Positions 17,851 to 28,301 of a DNA stretch of 64,000 nucleotides are shown one piece after another (the first letter of the stretch is position 1; the number at the start of each line of letters is the position of its first letter). Both the position numbers and the translations under genes were made by a program. The notes beneath the pieces were generated by a model that saw only the letters and a list, made by a program, of their open reading frames with translations, was not told the origin of the DNA and ran no database searches. Source of the DNA: an uncultured Saprospiraceae bacterium (GTDB taxonomy: Bacteria; Bacteroidota; Bacteroidia; Chitinophagales; Saprospiraceae); NCBI GenBank assembly GCA_937921825.1, contig CAKZVK010000019.1, forward strand, positions 966 to 64,965, in the 5' to 3' direction.

Positions 17851-20163
17851 ATGACAGTTTTATCCAATGATGTGCTTAGCCTAATACCTCTTATCTACGT
17901 AGGATGGTCTGATTCTATTCTGAGTCCCTCGGAAATGAAAATGATATCTGGGAAAATAAATGCTATGGAGCACCTCTCAGACGAAGACAAAAAGTATTTA
18001 CTACAATGGGTGAACCCTATGAACCCGCCAACTCAAAAAGAATTTAAATTTTGGGCTAACTCTATCAGAAAGGTCTCAGCAGATATGGATTTGAGCACTA
18101 AAAATTCTCTTGTTAATCTTGGTCTAGAGATCGCCATGAAAGGTGAAGACCCTGAAGATGGAATATTCGGCAAAGTAGAAGAAACTAAAGAAGCCTTACT
18201 AGATCTTAAAGAGGCCCTTGGACTCAGCCAGAGCAGTGATGCCTTACTTATCAAAAAAATATTTCCTGAATCAACTACAGAAAAAACAGATAGCTATACT
18301 CCAGATTTTGATCCATTAGAAATCAAGAAGATTCTAGATGGTGATCATGCCGAAACTAGAGATAGAGTCAAAGAACTCCTGAGAGACCCTGTTTTTTCTG
18401 TCGTCGAAGACAGAGACAAAGAGGTTTTTAGAACTAAAACATTAGAAAGACTAAGAGAGTTATGTAAGCAAGGCCTCAGTGCCTATGCCTTCCCAGTAAA
18501 GTATGGAGGACTCGAAAAAAATGGAGAACACATTGCCGCCTTTGAAAGTCTAGGCTATGGTGATCTCAGTCTAGCGATAAAGTTCGGTGTACAGATAGGC
18601 CTATTCGGTGGTGCCGTGTACCAACTAGGTACAGAAAAGCATCATGAGCTCTATGTAGAACCTTTACTCAAGGGAGAACTCCTAGGCTGCTTTGCTATGA
18701 CAGAAACAGGTCACGGCTCTAATGTCAAGGACTTAGAAACGACGGCAACCTACAATCATGACACTAAAGAAATAACGGTACATTCTCCACGGTTTGCTTC
18801 TGGCAAGGAGTATATCGGTAATGCCATGGATTCTACAATGGCCGCTGTCTTTGCACAGCTTATTGTCAATGGGGAAAATCACGGTGTCCATACAGTCCTA
18901 GTTCCACTTAGAGATAAAGATCACAATGTCTTGCCAGGCATCAAGATAGAAGACTGCGGATATAAGGTCGGCTTGAATGGTGTGGATAATGGTAGAATCT
19001 GGTTTGATCAGGTCACAGTACCTAAAGCAAATCTCCTAAACAAATATGGGGACATAGATGCTACCGGCGCTTATACCAGCCCGATAAACAATCCATCTAA
19101 GAGATTCTTTACAACGCTAGGGGCTCTCGTAGCTGGTAGAGTTACTGTCGGTATGTTAGGACTCAATGCCTCTAAAGTGTCGCTTGCCGTGGCTCTTAAA
19201 TATGCCTACAGAAGAAGACAATTCGGACATAAAGGGAGCACTGAAGAAACACTAATAATTGACTACCCTACGCATCAAGAAAGACTCTTCCCTCTACTAG
19301 CAAAAAGCTATGCCCTCTATCTCGCCTCATTAGATCTGGCAGATATGTACTGTAATGCTGATGAAGATCAAATAAGAGAAGTAGAAACACTAGCAGCAGG
19401 CCTTAAAGCGAAATCCACTTGGCATGCAACTAAAACTATACAGACCTGCAGAGAAGCTTGCGGCGGAAAAGGTTACCTCTCAGAAAATAGATTTGCAGCA
19501 CTCAAGGCAGACACAGATATCTTCACCACCTTCGAAGGAGATAATACGGTGCTGATGCAATTGGTAGCGAAGGGAGCTCTTACAGAATTCAAGCAATCGT
19601 TTCATGATGATGGCTACAGAGCGGTGATGCGATTTATTCTGACCAAGGCAAAGCATGAGGCGTATGAGTACAATCCTCTATTTACCAGAAATACAGATGC
19701 AGAACATCTCCTAGATTCTAAATTTCATTTTCATGCCTTCAACTATAGGAAGAGAAAAGTTCTGATCAGCCTGAGTGAAAGAATGCAGAAATATATCAAA
19801 AGAGGTAACGACAGTCATCAGGTATTTCTTAAGGTGCAGAGTCATATGATGGACCTAGCCCATGCCTTCATAGACCAGACTGTGCTTAATTCCTTCTACA
19901 AGCATATAGATAAGTGCACAGATGCTAAGGCAAAGAAAGGCCTGAAACAATTGGCACAGCTCTATGCACTAGACAACATTTATTCTGACCGTGCTTATTT
20001 CTTAGAGAGCGACTATATGGATGGCGCTAAGACTAAGGCCATAAGAAGAGTCATCAATAAATTGTATCAGGATATAAAACCAAATGCACTTGGATATGTA
20101 GAAGCCTTTGGTATTCCAGATGAGCTTATAGGAGCGCCTATCGCTATGAAGGAGTGGTCATAG
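17851..20163 (+). CDS. Acyl-CoA oxidase/dehydrogenase-family flavoprotein with an N-terminal extension of about 150 aa
   Basis: 770 aa. The core has the ACAD/ACOX signatures (CFAMTETGHGSNV, GENHGVHTVLVPLRD, ACGGKGY) and a long ACOX-type C-terminal helical domain. Confidence 0.8.
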   Translation: MTVLSNDVLSLIPLIYVGWSDSILSPSEMKMISGKINAMEHLSDEDKKYLLQWVNPMNPPTQKEFKFWANSIRKVSADMDLSTKNSLVNLGLEIAMKGEDPEDGIFGKVEETKEALLDLKEALGLSQSSDALLIKKIFPESTTEKTDSYTPDFDPLEIKKILDGDHAETRDRVKELLRDPVFSVVEDRDKEVFRTKTLERLRELCKQGLSAYAFPVKYGGLEKNGEHIAAFESLGYGDLSLAIKFGVQIGLFGGAVYQLGTEKHHELYVEPLLKGELLGCFAMTETGHGSNVKDLETTATYNHDTKEITVHSPRFASGKEYIGNAMDSTMAAVFAQLIVNGENHGVHTVLVPLRDKDHNVLPGIKIEDCGYKVGLNGVDNGRIWFDQVTVPKANLLNKYGDIDATGAYTSPINNPSKRFFTTLGALVAGRVTVGMLGLNASKVSLAVALKYAYRRRQFGHKGSTEETLIIDYPTHQERLFPLLAKSYALYLASLDLADMYCNADEDQIREVETLAAGLKAKSTWHATKTIQTCREACGGKGYLSENRFAALKADTDIFTTFEGDNTVLMQLVAKGALTEFKQSFHDDGYRAVMRFILTKAKHEAYEYNPLFTRNTDAEHLLDSKFHFHAFNYRKRKVLISLSERMQKYIKRGNDSHQVFLKVQSHMMDLAHAFIDQTVLNSFYKHIDKCTDAKAKKGLKQLAQLYALDNIYSDRAYFLESDYMDGAKTKAIRRVINKLYQDIKPNALGYVEAFGIPDELIGAPIAMKEWS

Positions 20164-20166
20164 GAA

Positions 20167-21486
20167 TTACTTCTTCCTATTCATTTCTCTGACGGCATTT
20201 TCTATACCTCTAGGTGTAAGTGGATACATATCTATCATTTGCTTGATTACATTCAAGGTATAGGTATGTCTCCAATATTTTTCAGGTTCAGGATTGAGCC
20301 AGACACTTTTCTTGAATTTCTTTTTCATTTTTCTATAAGACCTCAGACTCATCTTGTTGAGTTCATAAGGAGCCATAGAAGCATCTCCGATTATGAATAC
20401 ACGATAGTTGGGATCTTTAGCTAGGATGGTTTCTATCTTTACAGATTTAGATCTTCGGGGATCAGAAAATACTCGATCATAAATAGTATTGTGGAAATAG
20501 TAAGTCTCTAGATCATGAGAGAATCTCGTCTTCATCTTCTTGAAGAGTTCACGGATCACATAGACATAAGGCGACATAGAATAGCCTCCATTATCTATGA
20601 AGAGCAAGACTTGTAATTTCTTCTCTTGTACACGGGTCAGCTCTGGTATGAATAGACCACCACGCTTTAGTCCGACGTCAATAGTCTTCTTGACATCTAA
20701 AGCTTCATGTGCTGATTCTTCTACTATGCCTTTTAGTGAGGCTAAGGCTGCATCTACATTATCATCATTGATAATTCTATCCATATCTACAGGAAAGAAG
20801 TTCTGATCTCCTATGACTTTTCTTGCCATTCTACCTCCCCCTGAGCCTCCTGTTCTGATACCATTCTTAGCGGCACCTCCATGCCCATACGGCGATATAC
20901 CTCCTGTCCCTATCCAATGGCTTCCACCAGAATGTTTGGACTTTTGCTGCTTTCTTATTTCTTCCATCCTCTCCATCAGTTCTTCTAGAGAAAGATCCGA
21001 GTAGTCTGCCATCTTATCCAGTCGTCTTTCTAGATTGGCCTCTAGATTATCTCCTTGATCTTCATCTTGTAAGTAGGGGTCATCTTTATCCCACAGCTCT
21101 TTGCCTGAGAATATTTCTTTGATATCGTAGGAAGTTAAGTGCACCTCGTCTAGAAACTTATTGACAAGTTCCTCTAGATCTATATCCTTTAGATTGTGTC
21201 TTTCGATGTGGTCTTCTTTCCACTTCCTAAAAGTTTCTGAACGCAAAATGGCGTCTTCTAATCGCTCACCATTTTGAATATCAATATTGAGAAAGTAATC
21301 ATAGTAAGCTCTCGTATAGGGACCTAGCATTTCAGGATCTTTCACTACGAAGCCTTTCAGTACATTATAGATATCCCCTAAAGTTTTCACTAGGCCATGC
21401 TTCATACTTTTCTGTAAAAGCAGTAGCGTCCGCACATCAGCAGTCAGCCCATATGATCTAAACTTTTCTGGTAGGGTTTCTAACAT
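20167..21486 (-). CDS. VWA-domain protein (CoxE-like partner of a MoxR ATPase)
   Basis: 439 aa. Gly-rich linker (GTGGISPYGHGGAAKNGIRTGGSGGG), then a VWA-like C-terminal half with the MIDAS-like segment LLFIDNGGYSM. Confidence 0.65.
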   Translation of the reverse strand: MLETLPEKFRSYGLTADVRTLLLLQKSMKHGLVKTLGDIYNVLKGFVVKDPEMLGPYTRAYYDYFLNIDIQNGERLEDAILRSETFRKWKEDHIERHNLKDIDLEELVNKFLDEVHLTSYDIKEIFSGKELWDKDDPYLQDEDQGDNLEANLERRLDKMADYSDLSLEELMERMEEIRKQQKSKHSGGSHWIGTGGISPYGHGGAAKNGIRTGGSGGGRMARKVIGDQNFFPVDMDRIINDDNVDAALASLKGIVEESAHEALDVKKTIDVGLKRGGLFIPELTRVQEKKLQVLLFIDNGGYSMSPYVYVIRELFKKMKTRFSHDLETYYFHNTIYDRVFSDPRRSKSVKIETILAKDPNYRVFIIGDASMAPYELNKMSLRSYRKMKKKFKKSVWLNPEPEKYWRHTYTLNVIKQMIDMYPLTPRGIENAVREMNRKK

Positions 21487-21488
21487 GC

Positions 21489-22403
21489 TTAGTTGAAATT
21501 ACTGCGCTTATTGTAATCACTAGGATCATTCAGAACCAACTTCTGTATTTTCTCTAGATCCGTTTGGGTCTTTACTAGGGCACCAATACCATCTAGAGCT
21601 TGTATCTTTTCTATGGCTTCATCAGTGGCATACTGCTTGACATATTTCAGCCAGTTGAGAATCTCTCTCGTCGTCGGTGCTCTTTCTAGTCCTATATTTC
21701 TAAGGTAGTAGAATACATCCAAGGCAACATCGACTATCTTGTTATCAATCTTAAGGTGATGCTTAGAAATTATTTCTCGCATCAGGTCCGCATCAGGAAA
21801 ATGAATGTAGTGATAGATGCATCTCCCTTTGAAGGCAGTCGGTAATTCCTGCTCACGATTAGACGTAATGACAATGGCGGGCATATCTTCCTCGCTGACC
21901 TCTATCACTTCTCCCGATTCTGGCATAATGAACTTTCTGTGACTGAGGGCATATAGGAGATCATTAGGAAATTCTCTGGGTGCCTTATCTATCTCATCTA
22001 TCAGTAAGACGGAGTTCGGTGAGGAGAACGCTTTTGCAGCTGGTCCTTTGGCAACATAATCTGCAAGGTTTTCAGAATTTCTGCCTCCTGTAGATAACTT
22101 AGTAGACATACCCTTTTCTTCTCTCTGGGCATTCAATATTTCTATCTGAGAATCTCTCAAATACTTCACATGATCAAATCGTGCGACAAACTGATCTACA
22201 TTACTTTTAGAACCTGTCGCATAGACATGTAAGTCAAGGCCTTTATCCTCAGCATATCTCAAAGGCAGTTCTGTCTTACCTGTGCCCGGCTCTCCTTCTA
22301 TAAGCAAAGGCATCCCCAGTACTCTAGACATATGAAAAGCCTGAGCCAAACTCTGGTCGCATATATATTTTTCGGACCCCGTCCAGTATTCTTTATGAGC
22401 CAT
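21489..22403 (-). CDS. MoxR/CbbQ-like AAA+ ATPase
   Basis: 304 aa. Walker A GEPGTGKT and Walker B VLLIDEIDKA. A 2-nt gap to the downstream VWA gene suggests an operon. Confidence 0.8.
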   Translation of the reverse strand: MAHKEYWTGSEKYICDQSLAQAFHMSRVLGMPLLIEGEPGTGKTELPLRYAEDKGLDLHVYATGSKSNVDQFVARFDHVKYLRDSQIEILNAQREEKGMSTKLSTGGRNSENLADYVAKGPAAKAFSSPNSVLLIDEIDKAPREFPNDLLYALSHRKFIMPESGEVIEVSEEDMPAIVITSNREQELPTAFKGRCIYHYIHFPDADLMREIISKHHLKIDNKIVDVALDVFYYLRNIGLERAPTTREILNWLKYVKQYATDEAIEKIQALDGIGALVKTQTDLEKIQKLVLNDPSDYNKRSNFN

Positions 22404-22498
22404 ATCTCAATTTCTTGTTTTATTCACGAGTGCATCAAGTTGCCAAATTATGAGAACAATATCTCATAAGCTACCTTTATAACACAAATAAATTAAAA

Positions 22499-23557
22499 TT
22501 GATTGCAATTGGTGTCATGTCAGGGAGTTCTTTAGATGGACTAGATATGGCTATGGTGAAATTTGAAGGAAAGAACTGGGAGCTCATAGCCTCAGAAACT
22601 TTCTCTCTCCCCTCTGAGCTCAAAGCACTCCTAAGTGACAGCCCAAATCAAACTGCATTAGAACTGGTCAAAACAAGAAGCCAGTTTTCTAAGCTCATCT
22701 CTGAAAGCTTACACAAATTTATAGACCCCACTCATGACCTCGACTGCATCGGTGTGCATGGACATACGATCTGTCATTTCCCAGAGCTAGACACTAGTTG
22801 GCAATTAGTCAATGGCGCTTATCTCGCTGCCACCACTGCAAGACCAGTAATCTGTGATTTTAGAAACCAAGACCTAGCACTAGGTGGACAAGGTACACCT
22901 ATGGCAGTCATCGCAGACAGGGATCTCTTCTCAGGTTATGACTACTATCTCAATCTCGGCGGCATAGCGAATATTAGCTACCGATCACCGCAAGGATGGG
23001 TCGCTTATGATCTCTGTCCATGCAATCAGTTACTTAATCACATAAGCCGTCTTACAGGCCAAGAATATGACAAGGATGGTCAGACCGCTGCACAAGGAAA
23101 AATACATCAGGCCTTGTTACAGCAATTAAAATCTCATCCCTACTATAATCAAGCACCACCCAAGTCAATAGACAACAACTGGATCAGATCTACGATCATT
23201 CCTGAGCTAGACAAGTTTCCGCTTAGCCCGGCAGATAGCTTGAGGACGATAGTAGAGTTCGTCACGGAAGTAATTGCAAATAATGTATCTATAACCGCTG
23301 GTAAAATGTTCATCACGGGAGGAGGCACTAAGAATAAATTCTTTATTGAAAAATTAGAGGAGAAACTAGCACTTCAAAATGTAGAACTTGTTATTCCTTC
23401 TGAAGCACTCATTGACTACAAAGAAGCCATATTGATTGCCTACTGCTCAGTACTAAGAATAAAGAAACAACCTAATTTTATCAGTAGTGTTACTGGTGCT
23501 AGTCATGACACTATTGGCGGATGTCTGTACCTGCCTCCAATTAATACTGATACATGA
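22499..23557 (+). CDS. anmK: Anhydro-N-acetylmuramic acid kinase
   Basis: 352 aa. N-terminal IGVMSGSSLDGLD and the overall AnmK pattern. TTG start as given in the track. Confidence 0.85.
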   Translation: MIAIGVMSGSSLDGLDMAMVKFEGKNWELIASETFSLPSELKALLSDSPNQTALELVKTRSQFSKLISESLHKFIDPTHDLDCIGVHGHTICHFPELDTSWQLVNGAYLAATTARPVICDFRNQDLALGGQGTPMAVIADRDLFSGYDYYLNLGGIANISYRSPQGWVAYDLCPCNQLLNHISRLTGQEYDKDGQTAAQGKIHQALLQQLKSHPYYNQAPPKSIDNNWIRSTIIPELDKFPLSPADSLRTIVEFVTEVIANNVSITAGKMFITGGGTKNKFFIEKLEEKLALQNVELVIPSEALIDYKEAILIAYCSVLRIKKQPNFISSVTGASHDTIGGCLYLPPINTDT

Positions 23558-24546
23558 AGAGAATATTCCTGACTGGAGCTACGGGTTTTGTTGGTTCTTA
23601 CATTGCTCGTCATTTACTCCAAGCTAACTATGAGGTCGTGGCTATTCATAGATCTCAGAGCAAATTCTCATTGGTATCAGATATCTATGATCGGATAGAG
23701 TGGATAGAATGTGATCTAAAAGAGCTCGATTTAATAGAGGATCGATTACAAGATATAGATGCTGTGATTCATTCCGGAGCCTTAGTCTCATTTTCTCCAG
23801 AAGACAATGATGAACTGATGGCTGTAAATGTTGCTGCAACGGAAGAACTTGTCAATATCTGCCTTGAACATAAGGTCAAAAGACTGGTGCATCTTAGTTC
23901 TATAGCTGCTCTAGGAAGATACAAGGGCAATCACCTCATAGACGAAAAAGCAGAGTGGTCAGACAGCCCTCAAAATACCCCATACGCAGCCTCAAAAAAC
24001 TTAGGCGAAAGAGCTGTCTGGAGAGGTGCTGCAGAAGGACTCGACACTATTATCTTAAATCCGTCTCTAATCATAGGACCAGGTGATTACATTAATGGCA
24101 CATCAGCTATAATCCCTAAGCTCTTAAAAGGCATACCCTTCTATCCTATTGGAAGTACCGGCTTCGTAGATGTAAGAGATGTTGCGCGATTTGCTGTTGC
24201 CTCACTGACGACTGAGATGAGCGGAGAAAGATTTATTATATCAGCAGAAAATAATACCTACAAGGCCTACCTAAGTCTAATCTCAAAGGAATTAGCTATC
24301 AAAGCTCCGGGCATTCCACTTAATAAATTCTTAGGCGCTCTGGCATGGAGAGGCGACTATCTCAGAAATAAGATATTTGGAAATGGCCGATTATTCACCA
24401 AAGAAATGATTCACGCCTCCTCTACAGATGCTAAATTCTCAAATAAGAAGTCCTTTATGCTCTCTTCAAAGGACTACATCACCCTAAGCCATTCTATCAA
24501 AAACCTAGTAGAACAGTACAAACTGACACTAAATAAGCTGCGATAG
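23554..24546 (+). CDS. NAD-dependent epimerase/dehydratase (extended SDR) family protein
   Basis: GATGFVGSYI Rossmann motif and a catalytic YAASK (YxxxK). Confidence 0.8.
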   Translation: MKRIFLTGATGFVGSYIARHLLQANYEVVAIHRSQSKFSLVSDIYDRIEWIECDLKELDLIEDRLQDIDAVIHSGALVSFSPEDNDELMAVNVAATEELVNICLEHKVKRLVHLSSIAALGRYKGNHLIDEKAEWSDSPQNTPYAASKNLGERAVWRGAAEGLDTIILNPSLIIGPGDYINGTSAIIPKLLKGIPFYPIGSTGFVDVRDVARFAVASLTTEMSGERFIISAENNTYKAYLSLISKELAIKAPGIPLNKFLGALAWRGDYLRNKIFGNGRLFTKEMIHASSTDAKFSNKKSFMLSSKDYITLSHSIKNLVEQYKLTLNKLR

Positions 24547-24669
24547 GAACTAAATACCAAGAGGATTAAGCTATTAAGACAAATTGCTATTCTTTTTAGG
24601 GAGCATTAACTTTTAAGAATTAAATTTGTTAATTACAGCGTAACTCTTCTTTTTATAAGCAACATAGAT

Positions 24670-25047
24670 ATGATATCAAGATTTATCCCCTTACTAATAC
24701 TGGTATTTATTGCCTTAGCCTGCAAGACAAATAGAGTGCAAGACGACCTAAACGAGAAAGTGGCATTCAATAATAGAGTAATGGTCACCATGAAAGACAA
24801 AATTACTGCAGAAGATCTCGAAAAGGAATATGAGATGTATGCTCTAAAAGCCAAGGGACTTGCAAGTAAATCTTCGAATAAGGTTCTATTTGAATTTGAT
24901 GATTCATTGATATCGAACTCAAAAATGCTAGCCATACTCAACAAAAATAAAAATGTCATCAAAGCAGAGAAACTGACTGATGCCAGCGAAAGAAAAACCA
25001 CTTCAGGAACAAGTCAAAGAAAAGGTACTGCCAACCCAACAAAATAA
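24670..25047 (+). CDS. Small lipoprotein, function unknown
   Basis: Signal peptide with lipobox-like FIALAC. 125 aa. Ends 4 nt before the ATG of the next T9SS gene. Confidence 0.55.
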   Translation: MISRFIPLLILVFIALACKTNRVQDDLNEKVAFNNRVMVTMKDKITAEDLEKEYEMYALKAKGLASKSSNKVLFEFDDSLISNSKMLAILNKNKNVIKAEKLTDASERKTTSGTSQRKGTANPTK

Positions 25048-25051
25048 GACA

Positions 25052-28000
25052 ATGAAAACGACCAAACTTATATTCAGCATTCTCCTGATTATCTTTTCAC
25101 AAAATTTAATCAGCCAGAAGGTAGTCCCTACTTCAAATGAACAAACGATAGCTGTCAAACTAGGAACTGTAAATCCCGTAAAGGAGTATAAAGAAATTCT
25201 GGCTTCAGAAACAGAAAAAAGAGCAGCTCGAAAAAAAGAAACAAAGCCGCCTCGTAATTTTGAGGGTCGCTTCCCTAGAAAAATTGTAGATCCTTCTAAG
25301 CAAGGTACAGGTCCTGACCCAGTACTACAGACGGATTATACACCTAAGAAATTCAGACCTATAGAAACTATAGTTAATAGAGAGGGTCTGACTTCAGGTT
25401 CTCCGCCTAATGACCCTTCTGGCGATGCAGGAAACAACTATTATCTGCAAGCCATCAATTCCACAAGGATAGGTGTCTATCAGAAAGATGGCACCTTCGT
25501 AGATGACTTTACTGGAAACAGTTTGTGGAGTTCTGTGGGTTTTAGATCAGCAGGCGACCCAATAATTCTCTTTGACCAAGAAGCAGAAAGATGGATTATT
25601 ACGGAATTTCCCCCTGGCAACTTTCTTCTAGTGGCTATCTCAGTAACGGATGATCCATTAGGTGATTATGACGTCTACAGCTTTGGTACACCAAACTTTC
25701 CTGACTACCCGAAATATTCTATCTGGAATAACGAATACATGGTGACCACTAACGAGGAGGGTCCTAATTCTCTAATTGTATACTTTCTAAACAGGCAAGA
25801 TCTGCTAGACGGTGAAGATGAAGTAAGAATGATTAGATCTACAATACAAGGTCCGACTAATTCGGAGCAGTTCTTTATAGTGACAACACCTGTAGATTGG
25901 TCTGGCAATGAAAGGCCTCCATCAGAGAGAGGACCTATTTCTCTAAGTCTGGCAGATGCTAGCTGGACTACCGGACAATTACAAGATGTCATAAATGTGC
26001 ACTCCTATGAGGTGGACTGGGATGCTTCTGATGTGGTGTCAAGTATTTCGCAAGTGCCTGTTGCTGATTATAATTCCTTCCCCTGTGCAGATACAGACGG
26101 GCCAGGATTTCCTTGTGTACCTCAGCCTTCTGGTCATGGACTAGATGCTCTTCCAGAAATCGTAGGGTATCAACCACATTACAGAAACTTTGGCACTCAT
26201 GAATCTATGGTCTTCACCTTTCCTACAGACGTTGGAATCTCGCCAGATATAAGAGCAGGAATAAGATGGGTGGAACTACGAAGAGATACCACCGAGGACT
26301 GGAGCTTATATCAGGAAGGCACTTATGCTCCTGATGACGATCTTCATCGATTTATGGCTGGGATATCGATGGACGAGGGCGGCAATATAGGAATGGCCTA
26401 TGTTACTTCTTCAAGTTCAGAATTTGCGGGCATTAGATTTACAGGACGAAACAGCAGTGATACTCCAGGACAAATGACTCTCGGAGAAGTCATCGCAATA
26501 GAAGGAGAGAATACAATAAGTGGCAGAGGTAGATTCGGAGATTATGCACATATGACCATAGATCCAGCTGATAATCGTACCTTCTGGTATACTTCTGAGT
26601 ATGCTGGCGATGGCAATGCAGCTACAAGAATACTTGGGTTCCGAGTATCTAAAAAAGACTATGACCTCTCGGCTACAACAATTAACCAACCTGTAAGCTC
26701 TACAGACTTGACTGCCTCAGAAAGAGTGCAGATGACAATAAGAAATGTAGGCAATCTTCCTATTGACAACTATACGGTAGGTTATCAAATTGAAGATCAG
26801 CCTCCTGTAATAGAGAGTATTGGTTTTCGAATAGAACCTGATGCTAACTTCACTTATGACTTTGCTCAGAATGCAGATTTATCTGAGATTAGAACCTATG
26901 ATGTCAAAGTCTTTTCGAGTTATGTACAGGATGATTTTTTCATCAATGATACAACGAGGACAACATTAGAAAAATTTGCTAAGAGAGATCTTGCAGTGAC
27001 CTCAGTATCTAGTCAACCGACAATCTGTGGTACAACATTCGATCTAAGTTATACAGTCCAAAATCTAGGAAAGCAAAGCATCTCTAGTTTTAATGTAGAG
27101 CTTGATCTCAATGGAACGAATATCTTAAATGAAACTGGGCAATACAATCTTATGCCTGGCCAAGATACTACCCTAATGATTACTGTCGATGATCTACTAG
27201 ATGGCAACAATACCGTAGACGTCAGAGTTTCTAACCCTAATGGACTCACAGAAGAACTGCCTAATGACAATAGTGCCTCTCTAACTGTCAATGCACTTAC
27301 ACAAACTGAAGAGGTTATCCTAGATATACTGACAGACTTCTATCCAGAAGAGATAACTTGGGAATTACTAGATGCCTCTAACAACGTGTTATTTCAGAGC
27401 CAAGAGTCTTTAGTGGGCAAAAGAGAGGAGCATATCATAGAATCTTTATGCTTGGTTAGAGATAGCTGCTATACCTTTAGAATCTTTGATGCCGCAGGAG
27501 ATGGTCTTACATCTATCACCAGGGATGATGGTTCCTACGAGATTAGAGATGCATCTGGCTCAGTACTCGCTAGTATCATAAGATCAGACTATGGTGATGA
27601 GGAAACAAATTATTTTTGCTTCAATGAGGAGTGCCAATTACAGGCAGACTTTGAAATCTCAGCTCCAGGAACAACAGATGATGGTGTGATCATAGTTACT
27701 GTAACCAATGGTTCAGGACCTAATTTTTCTTACAGCATAGATGGTGTCAACTTTCAAGAAGAGAATATTTTCGACAATCTCGCTGAAGGCACTTATGAAG
27801 TCATCGTCAGAGATGAGTATGGTTGTCAATTAAGTAATGCAGTCCAATTGCAGACCAGTTCTATATCTGAACTTTCCTCTGGCGCAAGACTTGTTTTATC
27901 CCCTAACCCTACCGAGGCCGTGTTTAAAATAGAGTTACAAGGGTATGATTCTAATAAAGTTTTTCTACCCGTAAGTATCTATAACACTTCGGGAGAAATA

Positions 28001-28138
28001 ATCAGAAACACTAAAATCACAAGGTTCAGCGGTGTATACAAAGGAGCGATCTCTTTGCATAGTTACCCTTCAGGAACGTATCTTGTAAAAGTGGGACTGG
28101 GTCAAGAAATAAGATTAGCCAAGCTCGTAAAAAACTAG
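25052..28138 (+). CDS. Large secreted multidomain protein with CARDB-like repeats and T9SS C-terminal sorting domain
   Basis: Signal peptide MKTTKLIFSILLIIFSQNLISQ from the ATG at 25052. CARDB-like segments (DLSATTINQP..., DLAVTSVSSQP...). C-terminus LSPNPTEAVFKIEL...GTYLVKVGLGQ. Confidence 0.8.
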   Translation: MKTTKLIFSILLIIFSQNLISQKVVPTSNEQTIAVKLGTVNPVKEYKEILASETEKRAARKKETKPPRNFEGRFPRKIVDPSKQGTGPDPVLQTDYTPKKFRPIETIVNREGLTSGSPPNDPSGDAGNNYYLQAINSTRIGVYQKDGTFVDDFTGNSLWSSVGFRSAGDPIILFDQEAERWIITEFPPGNFLLVAISVTDDPLGDYDVYSFGTPNFPDYPKYSIWNNEYMVTTNEEGPNSLIVYFLNRQDLLDGEDEVRMIRSTIQGPTNSEQFFIVTTPVDWSGNERPPSERGPISLSLADASWTTGQLQDVINVHSYEVDWDASDVVSSISQVPVADYNSFPCADTDGPGFPCVPQPSGHGLDALPEIVGYQPHYRNFGTHESMVFTFPTDVGISPDIRAGIRWVELRRDTTEDWSLYQEGTYAPDDDLHRFMAGISMDEGGNIGMAYVTSSSSEFAGIRFTGRNSSDTPGQMTLGEVIAIEGENTISGRGRFGDYAHMTIDPADNRTFWYTSEYAGDGNAATRILGFRVSKKDYDLSATTINQPVSSTDLTASERVQMTIRNVGNLPIDNYTVGYQIEDQPPVIESIGFRIEPDANFTYDFAQNADLSEIRTYDVKVFSSYVQDDFFINDTTRTTLEKFAKRDLAVTSVSSQPTICGTTFDLSYTVQNLGKQSISSFNVELDLNGTNILNETGQYNLMPGQDTTLMITVDDLLDGNNTVDVRVSNPNGLTEELPNDNSASLTVNALTQTEEVILDILTDFYPEEITWELLDASNNVLFQSQESLVGKREEHIIESLCLVRDSCYTFRIFDAAGDGLTSITRDDGSYEIRDASGSVLASIIRSDYGDEETNYFCFNEECQLQADFEISAPGTTDDGVIIVTVTNGSGPNFSYSIDGVNFQEENIFDNLAEGTYEVIVRDEYGCQLSNAVQLQTSSISELSSGARLVLSPNPTEAVFKIELQGYDSNKVFLPVSIYNTSGEIIRNTKITRFSGVYKGAISLHSYPSGTYLVKVGLGQEIRLAKLVKN

Positions 28139-28157
28139 TATAAACAAAAAGTAAAAG

Positions 28158-28192
28158 AAAGCCATTCAATAAGTGTTGAATGGCTTTTTTTG
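28158..28192 (+). terminator. Rho-independent terminator
   Basis: Stem AAAGCCATTCAA/TTGAATGGCTTT with loop TAAGTG, followed by a T-run. Confidence 0.85.
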
Positions 28193-28301
28193 TTTCCATC
28201 TCAAGCGAAACAAGCTAGCTGATTTGTTGTTTTTAGTTTTAAATCTACAGTTACTTCAATATTAATATTTCGTCTCAATAATTACGAACCATATAGACCT
28301 T

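Noticed and set aside
24980-25051. Upstream extension of the T9SS protein ORF, from the track start at 24980.
   Set aside because: The extension overlaps the end of the preceding lipoprotein gene and encodes a hydrophilic peptide. A canonical signal peptide (MKTTKLIFSILLIIF...) starts at the ATG at 25052.
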